Part shown: positions 46,715 to 55,061 of the stretch, piece by piece | How positions within the stretch are numbered: position 1 is the stretch's first letter | How the letters are laid out: every line of letters starts with the position of its first letter | From: an uncultured delta proteobacterium | GTDB taxonomy: Bacteria > Myxococcota_A > Polyangia > Polyangiales > Polyangiaceae | NCBI GenBank assembly: GCA_963841435.1 | Contig: CAWJCS010000001.1 | Location: forward strand, 32,001-96,000 | DNA: 64,000 nucleotides | Reading direction: 5' to 3' | Position numbers and translations under genes: made by a program | The notes under the pieces: generated by a model | Database searches by the model: none | What the model saw: the letters and a program-made list of their open reading frames with translations, nothing else | What the model was told of the DNA's origin: nothing

Positions 46715-46730
46715 TGCAAGCGTCGCGCCA
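46715..46730 (-). promoter_or_regulatory. Sigma54 (-24/-12) promoter
   Basis: The minus strand reads TGGCGC-GACGC-TTGCA, matching TGGCAC-N5-TTGCW with exact GG-N10-GC spacing; intergenic, about 15 nt upstream of the TTG start at 46700. Confidence 0.68.
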
Positions 46731-46970
46731 TCCGAGCGCTCGTGTTCCCGCCAGGCAACGTTCGCGGCAGCTTGCCCCAGTTATAGCCAGCATTCGGGGT
46801 TCGCCGCTTCGTGCCCCGAGGCTCCTCGCCCCGCCGTCCGGCACAGTCATGCCAGCGCCGCGACAGCCGTGTCGTGGTTTGTCCTCGCGGTTCGCTCAGC
46901 GTGAGGTCGGGGCGCGCGGTGCCAGGCGCGGGCGACGGCGCGCGAGCCGCGGCGCCGCCGGTACGCTCGC

Positions 46971-48203
46971 TCAGGGCGCAGAGACGCCCTTTTTGCCTTG
47001 CTGCGCGAAGTAGGCGCGCAGCGCGTCGCGCGCGAGCTGGGGCGCCTTGATCTGCCAGCTCGGCGTGTTCACGACGAGCGCGCTCACGGCGATCTCCGGG
47101 TCGTTCGCAGGGGCGAAGCCGATGAACCACGTGTAGAGGTGGCTACCGTCCCGCTCGCCGAGCGTGCCCGTCTTGCCAGCGACGGGGATCTCGGGCAGGT
47201 ACGCGCGACCGGCGGCGTCGTGGAAGCTCTTGTACGCCGAGCCGTTGTCGACGGTCTGCTTCATCATGCGCGTGAGCTCGGCGGCGGTCTCGGGGCGGAT
47301 GGCGCGCCGCACGACGCGCGGTCCCCGGTCGTCCTTCCAGAGCACGTCGTCGTTCTTGACGATCGAAGCGACGATGCGCGGCTCTAGCGTGACGCCGCCG
47401 TTCGCCACCGTCTGCGCGAGCTGCGCCGCGGCGAGTGGCGAAAGCGTCGTGTGATAGAAACCGGCCGAGGCGCGGGCAAACTCGAGTGGATCGGACGGTA
47501 GCTCGATCGTCGGCGCCTCGTTCGCCACGACGAACGGCACGGGCGCACCGAAACCGAAGGCTCCCCCGACGGCCCTGAGATCCTCGGGCGTGATGTGTTT
47601 CTGGGCGAGGCGCGCGAACACGACGTTGATGCTGCGCCCCATCGCGATGGCGAGTGTGGCGCACCACTTGTCGCGCCGCGGGTCCTCCGTCAGCTCGTCC
47701 TGCTGAATGCGGCTCTTGCCGCCGTGGTAGCACTGCTCGGTGTCCGCACCGAGCCCAGCCTTCTCGATGAGCGCGGCGCCCGTGACGACCTTGAACACGC
47801 TCGCCGCCGGCGCGTCGGCGCGGATGTTCACGTCGGTCTTGTCGCCCTCGGAGGCGTAGCTCGCGTAGGCAATGACGCGTCCCGTCTTCACCTCGATCAT
47901 CACGACGCCCGCGCGCGGGATGCGGTAGCTCTCCATCTCGGCACGCACCGAGCGCTGCACCACGGGGTCGAGCGTCAGCTCCGCACGGCGTCCCTCCGCT
48001 AACGGTGCCAGCACCTTCGAGGGGCGCACGTCGAGCCGGAGGAGGTCGAGCCCCTCGAAGCTGGGCGGGGCGGGCGGCTTGGCCTTGCCTTGGAGCTTGC
48101 GGAGCGGCTCGCCTACGTCGATGTTCCCGCGCACGACCGGAACGAGCGCCAGGATGACGCCGAGGGCCGCAGCGAAGCCCATGAAGCTGCTGTAGCGCCG
48201 CAT
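46971..48203 (-). CDS. Penicillin-binding protein, transpeptidase domain only
   Basis: N-terminal TM helix; LTLDPVVQ, SxxK (ASVFK), SxN (RSIN), KTG (GKTGT), WFIGFAP. Confidence 0.92.
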   Translation of the reverse strand: MRRYSSFMGFAAALGVILALVPVVRGNIDVGEPLRKLQGKAKPPAPPSFEGLDLLRLDVRPSKVLAPLAEGRRAELTLDPVVQRSVRAEMESYRIPRAGVVMIEVKTGRVIAYASYASEGDKTDVNIRADAPAASVFKVVTGAALIEKAGLGADTEQCYHGGKSRIQQDELTEDPRRDKWCATLAIAMGRSINVVFARLAQKHITPEDLRAVGGAFGFGAPVPFVVANEAPTIELPSDPLEFARASAGFYHTTLSPLAAAQLAQTVANGGVTLEPRIVASIVKNDDVLWKDDRGPRVVRRAIRPETAAELTRMMKQTVDNGSAYKSFHDAAGRAYLPEIPVAGKTGTLGERDGSHLYTWFIGFAPANDPEIAVSALVVNTPSWQIKAPQLARDALRAYFAQQGKKGVSAP

Positions 48204-48306
48204 GCCTCGGGGATTAACGGGCATCGGTGCCCTGGGCCAAGAAAGGCGCGTCCCGTGGACGCGCTCGCGGGGGCTCGTGCGGCCGTCCCGACCCCGTCGG
48301 CGCCCG

Positions 48307-49767
48307 TCAGAGCGCCTGTTCGAGACGCCGGCAGACCGTTTCGAGCACGTTGAGGCGAGCACCGCGCTTGTCGTCGGCAGCGACCAACGAAAACGGCGCA
48401 TACTCGGTGCTGTTGCGCTCGATCATCTCGCTCGCGGCGGCCTCGTACAGGTTCTCGCGCTGACGGTTGCGGTAGTCCTCGGCGCTGATCTTGTGCTGCT
48501 TCCAAGGCTCCTTTTCGCGCGCTTCGAAGCGGCGTAGCTGCTCGGCCGAGCTCACCTGCAGCCAGAACTTCACGAGGATGATGCCGTCGTCGGTGAGCTC
48601 GCGCTCGAAGCCGTTGATCTCCTTGTAGGCACGCGACCACTCGTCGTGCGTCGCGTAACCTTCGACGCGCTCGACGAGCACACGGCCGTACCAGCTCCTA
48701 TCGTAGATGGTGATGCGTCCGCGGCGCGGCAGATGCCGCCAGAATCGCCAGAGGTAGTGGTGGGCGCGCTCTTCGTCCGTGGGGGCCCCGATCGGAATCA
48801 CGCGGTACTGCCCGGCATCGAGGGCGTAGGTGAGCCGCCGGATCGCGCCGCCCTTTCCGGCGGCGTCGGGTCCCTCGAAAACGATGATGGCGCTCCGGCG
48901 CTTGCGCTCGAGCCGCTCCGCGAGGCGGTGCAGGCGCGCCTGGAGCTTGGGCATCCTCGCATCGTACTCGCGCTTGTCGATGCGCGTTTCGAAGTCGAGA
49001 GTGTCGAGGATCGTGCTCGGATTGGGGATGGGGGCTTCCCGCACGGGGACTCGCGGGGGCGGGGTTGCGGCGATCCGCTCCTCCATCGCGGCGAGCAAGC
49101 GCCGGGCCGCCGTCACGTCGCGGTAGCGGGGATCGGCTCCCTCGATCACGGTCCAGGGAGCGCCGGCCGTGCTCGTTTCGCGCACGGCCTCCGCAGAAGT
49201 CTTGCGATAGCGCGTGTAGTGCTCGAACCGTTGCCACTCGTGCTTCCTGATGCGAAATCGCGAGCGCCGCTCCGCGGCCAGCGCCTTGAGGCGCTGCTTC
49301 TGCTGCCGCTTCGAAAGGTGCAGCCAGAGCTTGACGAGCAAGACGGAGTCGTCGGAGAGCGTGCGCTCGAACGCCGTGATGCGCGCCAGATCCCCCGTGA
49401 AATCGGTGGCGCTCGAGCGCCGCTCCGCGCGGTCCACGATGGGCCGGGTGTACCAGTTGCCGAGAAAGATCCCGATGCGGCCCGCCGGCGGCAGCCAGCG
49501 CCAATAGCGCCAGAGCTCCGGGCGCTCACGCGCTTCCTCGCTCGGTGGCGTGTACGTTTCGGTCACGAGGTAGCGCGCGTCGAGCCACTCGTTGAGTCGA
49601 TTCGACGCCTCGGCCATGCCACCCACGCCGTTCAGCAGCACCACGACGGAGATGCCGGCGCCTTCGAGCGCGGTCTGCGCCTTGAGCAGGCGCGTGCGAA
49701 GATCGGGCACGATCGCGTCGTACTCAGCCTTATCGAGGGTCCGTCCGATCTCCGCCGTTTCGAACAT
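48307..49767 (-). CDS. pap: Polyphosphate:AMP phosphotransferase (two-domain PPK2)
   Basis: MFETAEIG start, WRYWRWLP, second domain FEGPDAAGKGG, YLWRFWRHLP, DRSWYGRVLVERVEG. Confidence 0.93.
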   Translation of the reverse strand: MFETAEIGRTLDKAEYDAIVPDLRTRLLKAQTALEGAGISVVVLLNGVGGMAEASNRLNEWLDARYLVTETYTPPSEEARERPELWRYWRWLPPAGRIGIFLGNWYTRPIVDRAERRSSATDFTGDLARITAFERTLSDDSVLLVKLWLHLSKRQQKQRLKALAAERRSRFRIRKHEWQRFEHYTRYRKTSAEAVRETSTAGAPWTVIEGADPRYRDVTAARRLLAAMEERIAATPPPRVPVREAPIPNPSTILDTLDFETRIDKREYDARMPKLQARLHRLAERLERKRRSAIIVFEGPDAAGKGGAIRRLTYALDAGQYRVIPIGAPTDEERAHHYLWRFWRHLPRRGRITIYDRSWYGRVLVERVEGYATHDEWSRAYKEINGFERELTDDGIILVKFWLQVSSAEQLRRFEAREKEPWKQHKISAEDYRNRQRENLYEAAASEMIERNSTEYAPFSLVAADDKRGARLNVLETVCRRLEQAL

Positions 49768-49782
49768 GCTGGTGGTCTCCAA

Positions 49783-51063
49783 TCAGCCTGAAAGGGCTGC
49801 GCCAAGGAGCAGCGCCGCCGCGCCCGAAAGGAGCATGGAGACGAGCGCCGGCGCCACGTATTTCCCGAGCTCTCGGCCGCCGACCAGCGTCGCCATGCCC
49901 GCCTTGACGAGCGTGTTCACGAACGCTGCGAGCGCGATCGCCGGCGCCACCGAGACCGACACGGCGTGCGAGCGCGCGAGCTCCGCGAGCGAAAGCGTGA
50001 TCGCGTCGACATCGGCGATGCCGGCGAGCGCCGCCGAGGCGTAGAGCCCACGCGTGCCGACGTACTCCTGCGCCGCCTTCACGACGAACAACACGCCGCC
50101 GTAGATCAACCCGAACTTCACGGCGACGTTCAGCTCGAAGGGGTTGCGAAATGGGACGTCCTCGTGAGCCGTATCGTGCGCGCTCCGCGCGTACACGAAG
50201 AATGCCCACACGTAGCCCGCGGCACCCATCGCGAGCAGCGAGGGCCAGAGCTCGGAGACCAGCGGAAAGTTCACCGCCGCGACCACCACGAGCATGCGCG
50301 GAAACATCGTGGCGCAACCGGCCATGATGCCGACGGACGCGACCCGCGCGAGCGCCGGCTGTTCCTTGACGCGCGTCGAGAGCGCGAGCGTGAGCGCGGT
50401 CGAGGAAACGAGGCCGCCGATCAGCCCGGCCACGAGCAGGCCGCGGCGGCTGCCGACGACACGCGCCGCGACGTAGCCCGCGAAGCCCACGCCGGCGACG
50501 AGCGTCACCACGAGCCCGATTTTCCGTGGATTGAGCACGTCGAGCGGGCCGTAGGTGCGGTTCGGCAGGAGCGGGATCACGACAACGGCCAGCACGACGA
50601 ACTTGACCGTCGCGTAGACGTCTTCGCTCGAGACGCGCGCGATGAAGCCGTGCAGCGGGCGCTTGAGCGCGAGTAGCGCCATCGTGGTCGCGGCGATCCC
50701 CGCGACGAGCAGGAAGCGGGGCGAGTCCGGCATGAGCTCGGGCGTGGCGGCCAGCACTCCGAGCGAGAAGGTGATGATGGCGGCGATCTCGGTCGAAACG
50801 CCAACGTCCTCGCTCTTCGCGCGCGCCTGCGCGACGCCGAGCGCAACCGCCACCGCGCCGAGCAGCGCGCCCGTGATCCAGGTTCCGAGCGCACGACCGA
50901 GGAGCGCCCCCATGACGCCGGCGATGGCGAACAGCGGGAAGGTGCGGATGCCCCCGAAGTCGCTGCCGGGCCGTTCCTCGTGTGCTCGCTGCCGCTCGGC
51001 CCCGATCAGGAGGCCAGCCCCGACCGCGACGGCCAGAGCCTGGAGTGCCTCGCTCGCGGTCAT
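49783..51063 (-). CDS. MgtC/SapB family membrane protein with DUF4010
   Basis: GLLIGAER, GGIRTF, PLLPNRTYGP, GGLVSSTA, AGIADVDAI, NTLVK. Confidence 0.92.
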   Translation of the reverse strand: MTASEALQALAVAVGAGLLIGAERQRAHEERPGSDFGGIRTFPLFAIAGVMGALLGRALGTWITGALLGAVAVALGVAQARAKSEDVGVSTEIAAIITFSLGVLAATPELMPDSPRFLLVAGIAATTMALLALKRPLHGFIARVSSEDVYATVKFVVLAVVVIPLLPNRTYGPLDVLNPRKIGLVVTLVAGVGFAGYVAARVVGSRRGLLVAGLIGGLVSSTALTLALSTRVKEQPALARVASVGIMAGCATMFPRMLVVVAAVNFPLVSELWPSLLAMGAAGYVWAFFVYARSAHDTAHEDVPFRNPFELNVAVKFGLIYGGVLFVVKAAQEYVGTRGLYASAALAGIADVDAITLSLAELARSHAVSVSVAPAIALAAFVNTLVKAGMATLVGGRELGKYVAPALVSMLLSGAAALLLGAALSG

Positions 51064-51118
51064 GGCCGAACGTTACACGGAGGTTGCGTCCCCGAGGCCC
51101 TTGCCATAGAGGGGCAGC

Positions 51119-51832
51119 ATGAAACACTTTTCGTTTCTGCTCACCCTGTTTTCCGGCTCGACGGTCCTCGGCTGCCTCGCGCCGCCGCCTTGCACCGAGG
51201 TTCAGTCGGCGAATACCTCGAGCGGTCCGGCGGCGGCGGCCGCCGCGGCCGCACCGGCGGCGGCCGCGGAAGCAGCGAGCGACCCGGGCGATCTCTCCAA
51301 GCCACTCGTGGTCTGGAACGGAGACGACGTAGCGCCGACGGCGAAGGAGTGGGCATCGTGTGACACGAAGCCGTGCACGACGACGCTCCAGCCCGTCGAC
51401 AAGGTGGGCAAGAACGGCAGTATCGGGCTCGAGTTCAAGGCGAGCACCAAGGGCGGGTACGTCGGGTTCGGCTGGAACTGGACGAGCTGGTACAAGGGCG
51501 GTGCGTCGAACATCACGGGTCGCAAGGTGCTGAAGTTCTCCATTCAGATCGTCTCGACCTCGCCGGAGGTCGCGCCTGCCGGCGACGCCATTCGCGTGCG
51601 ACTCGGGTGCGCCAAGGTTGACAAATGCGGGAAAATCGTCGGAAGCCTCGCGAAGTACGAGCCCAAGGTCACCGACGGTGCCTGGCACGACATCACGATT
51701 CCGCTCGTCGACATGAAGACCGAGGACAAGGACGAGTGGGACGACGCGTCCGCCTGGGAGTTCCAGATTCACAACTGGGCGCCGACGCCCCGGGAATTCG
51801 TGGCTCACATCGACGACATCCGGTTCGAGTAG
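51119..51832 (+). CDS. Lipoprotein with a putative galactose-binding-like (CBM11/CIA30-type) beta-sandwich
   Basis: VLGC lipobox, Ala-rich linker, GFGWNW, GAWHDITIPLVDM, HIDDIRF. Confidence 0.62.
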   Translation: MKHFSFLLTLFSGSTVLGCLAPPPCTEVQSANTSSGPAAAAAAAAPAAAAEAASDPGDLSKPLVVWNGDDVAPTAKEWASCDTKPCTTTLQPVDKVGKNGSIGLEFKASTKGGYVGFGWNWTSWYKGGASNITGRKVLKFSIQIVSTSPEVAPAGDAIRVRLGCAKVDKCGKIVGSLAKYEPKVTDGAWHDITIPLVDMKTEDKDEWDDASAWEFQIHNWAPTPREFVAHIDDIRFE

Positions 51833-51864
51833 CCGCGCGGACGAGAGGGGACTAGGATCCAACG

Positions 51865-52941
51865 ATGACGGGGCCTTCGCCCCGTGAGGTCCCCATCGCT
51901 CGCGCTCTCGAACAAGCCGCACACTCTGCCAGCCTCGAAGTGGAGAGCACGGCCGTGCTCATGGTGTTGTCCGGCCCGCAGTCGAGTCTGCTCACGGAGC
52001 TCGCGCGGCAGAGCGGCGCCGAGGTCAGCCTGCGCGGCAACGTGATTCACCTCACGGGCGACGAGATTGACGTGACGCTCGCGTACCGCTTCCTGTGCGG
52101 CGCTGCGGAGCTCGCCGGTCGCGGCCACGAGCTCGGCCCTGCCGACGTCGCGCGCTCGCTACGCGGGCTACGTGCCGATTCCGATGCCTCGCTCGCCGAT
52201 CTGCTCGACGAGGCAATCCTCATCACGCCGAGGCGGCGTGCCGTCGTTCCGAAGACGCCGGCGCAGCGCGCGTACGTCGAGGCGATTCGCACCCACGATT
52301 TGACGTTCGGTATCGGTCCCGCGGGGACCGGCAAGACCTACCTCGCCATGGCGATGGCGGCGGCGGCGCTGGTGCAGAAGCGCGTCAAGCGGGTGATCCT
52401 CGCGCGGCCCGCCGTCGAGGCGGGCGAGAAGCTGGGCTTTCTGCCCGGCGATCTCGCGGAAAAGGTGAACCCCTACCTCCGGCCGCTCTACGACGCCCTC
52501 AACGACATGCTGGAGTTCGAGCGCGTCGAGCAGCTGCGTGAGCGCGGGCAGATCGAGGTGGCGCCGCTCGCCTTCATGCGCGGGCGAACGCTCAACGACT
52601 CCTTCGTGATTCTCGACGAGGCGCAGAACGCGACGAGCGACCAGATGCGCATGTTCCTCACGCGCCTCGGCTACGGCTCGAAAGCCGTCGTCACCGGCGA
52701 CGTGACGCAGACCGATCTGCCGCAGGGCGCACGCAGCGGCTTGCAGGAGGCGCGTGACCTTTTCGAGGGCATCGAGGGCATCGCGTTTCGCGCCTTCACC
52801 GACGCCGACGTCGTGAGGCACCCGCTCGTGCAGAAGATCGTCGTTGCGTACGAAGTGCGCGACGCGCGCCTTGCCGCCGAAAGAGCCTTGCGCGAGCGTC
52901 CTCTGCGCGAGCTCGACGATCCCGACGGGGCGCCGCGATGA
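51865..52941 (+). CDS. phoH: PhoH family ATPase (YbeZ-like)
   Basis: GPAGTGKTYLA, RPAVEAGEKLGFLPGD, PYLRPLYDAL, AFMRGRT, DEAQN, DVVRHPLV. Confidence 0.97.
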   Translation: MTGPSPREVPIARALEQAAHSASLEVESTAVLMVLSGPQSSLLTELARQSGAEVSLRGNVIHLTGDEIDVTLAYRFLCGAAELAGRGHELGPADVARSLRGLRADSDASLADLLDEAILITPRRRAVVPKTPAQRAYVEAIRTHDLTFGIGPAGTGKTYLAMAMAAAALVQKRVKRVILARPAVEAGEKLGFLPGDLAEKVNPYLRPLYDALNDMLEFERVEQLRERGQIEVAPLAFMRGRTLNDSFVILDEAQNATSDQMRMFLTRLGYGSKAVVTGDVTQTDLPQGARSGLQEARDLFEGIEGIAFRAFTDADVVRHPLVQKIVVAYEVRDARLAAERALRERPLRELDDPDGAPR

Positions 52942-54928
52942 GCGCGGCCGCCGCGCCGGGGAGCTCGCGGAGCCGAGCCCCGCCGCGCGCGGCCAGATTG
53001 CCTTGCTCGACCGTGTCGTCGAGCGGCTGTCGGCGCGGCCCGCGCACGCGGGTGATGTCGTGGTGCGTCCCCATCCCTTCGTCGTCATGGTGCGCCGCCA
53101 CGACTTCCCCGTGCTCATCGCGCCGGCCCAGGTGTGGGACTCCGCGCGACAGCTCTTCAAGCCCTGGGCCGACAAGCTCGCGAGCGTCGAGGCGCGGCTC
53201 GTCCTGCTCGGACGTCCGAACGATGCCGATCTCGAGAAGGCGCTAAATCTCGGGGTCGCGGCGTTGCTTTCGCCGGAGCCGTCCGTCGAGGAGCTCGTGA
53301 TCGCGCTCCAACAGAGCTTCGAGGTGCTCGAGCTCAAGGCTCGCAGCGAAAGCCGGGGCAAGTGGCTCAACCGCTATCGCTACGAGCTCGGTGAGCTGAT
53401 CGAGATCGCTCGCGCCCTCACGACCGAGCGCGAGATCGACCGGCTGTTGGATCTGATTCTCGAAAAGTCGCGCTTCGTCACGGGCGCCGACGCCGGCAGC
53501 ATGTACGTCGTCGAGGGCGACGACCCGTCGCTTTTGCGACGCACGCTGCGCTTCAAGCTGAGCCAGAACGATTCGTTGTCGTTCGACTCGAGCGAGTTCA
53601 CGATGCCCATCAGCGCGCGGAGCATGGCGGGCTACGTCGCGCTCGAGCAGAAGACGCTTCGGCTCGACGACGTGTACGACATGCCGTCGGGCTCGCCGTT
53701 CGGCTTCGATCGGTCGTTCGACGAGAAGGTCGGCTACCGCACGAAGAGCATGCTGGTGACCCCGCTCACGTCGAGCCGCGGCGAGGTGATCGGCGTCATG
53801 CAGCTCATCAACAAGAAGCGCTCGCCGACGCAGAAGCTGCTCTTGCGGGAGGATTTCGACAGGGGCGTCGTCGCTTTCGACGAGCGCAGCGAGGAGCTCG
53901 TGCGAACGCTGGCGGCGCAGGCCGGCATCGCGCTCGAGAACGCCATCCTCTATGACGAAATTCGCGACATTTTCGAGGGTTTCGTGCAGGCATCCGTCGA
54001 TGCCATCGAGGCGCGCGACCCGACGACGAGCGGCCACTCGCGGCGCGTCGCCGATCTCACGGTGGGCCTCGCCATGGCCGTCGAACGCGCCGACACGGGT
54101 CCCTACCGCGCCGTCAGCTGGACGCGCGAGGACATCCGCGAGATCGAGTACGCCTCGCTGCTCCACGATTTCGGCAAGATTGGCGTGCGCGAGCACGTGC
54201 TCGTCAAGGCCAAGAAGCTCTATCCGCACGACCTCGCGCTCATCCGCCAGCGCTTCGACTTCGTGATTCGCAGCGTGGAGTCCGAAGTGCTCGCGCGCAA
54301 GCTCTCGGCGGCGTTGCGCGGCGCGCCCGCGGACGAGCTCTCGGCGCTCGACCAGGAGCTAGCGGCGCGGCGCGCCGATCTCGAGGACGCCTGGACGACC
54401 GTCGAGGGCGCGAACGAGCCGACCGTGCTCGCCGCCGGGGATTTCCAGCGCATCGAGGAGCTCGGGAGGCAGGCCTACACGCGGCTCGACGGCGTCATGG
54501 AGACGCTGCTCACCCCTCGCGAAGTGCAGTCGCTCAGCGTGATGCGCGGCTCGCTCACGAACGAGGAGTTCAACGAGATCCGCAGCCACGTGTCGCACAC
54601 TTATCGCTTTCTCTCGCAGATCCCCTGGGGGAAGACGTTTTCGCGCGTTGCCACCATCGCGGGTGCACACCACGAGCGCCTCAACGGCACCGGGTACCCG
54701 AATCGCCTGCGTGCCGAGGAGATCCCGCTGCAGTCGAAGCTCATGACCGTCAGCGACATCTTCGACGCGCTGACGGCCAGCGACCGCCCGTACAAGCGCG
54801 CCGTTCCCGTCGAGAAGGCGCTCCACATCCTCTCGCTCGAAGTGAAGGACGGGCATGTCGACCCGGACCTGATCCGCATCTTCACGGAAGCCCGGGTGTG
54901 GGAGCCCGTGATGGGAGCGCTCTATTGA
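52938..54928 (+). CDS. GAF + HD-GYP cyclic-dinucleotide phosphodiesterase
   Basis: GAF (ADAGSMY, GYRTKSML, GVMQLINK, FDERSEEL), TSGHSRRV, LHDFGKIG, HHERLNGTGYP, DIFDALT. The ATG at 52938 overlaps the phoH stop but needs one extra G at 52958-52961 to enter the frame. Confidence 0.9.
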
Positions 54929-55061
54929 GGGATCGGTTGCTTCTACGGTGCTCGGCTGCCGGCCTCGCGAGCGCAGGGTGATGCGCCGCCGTGACGCACG
55001 GGGCGAAGTCGGGATGAACCGGCCGCTCGGCGCCGGGCCCGAGCGGCGTTAGGCTCGGCGC

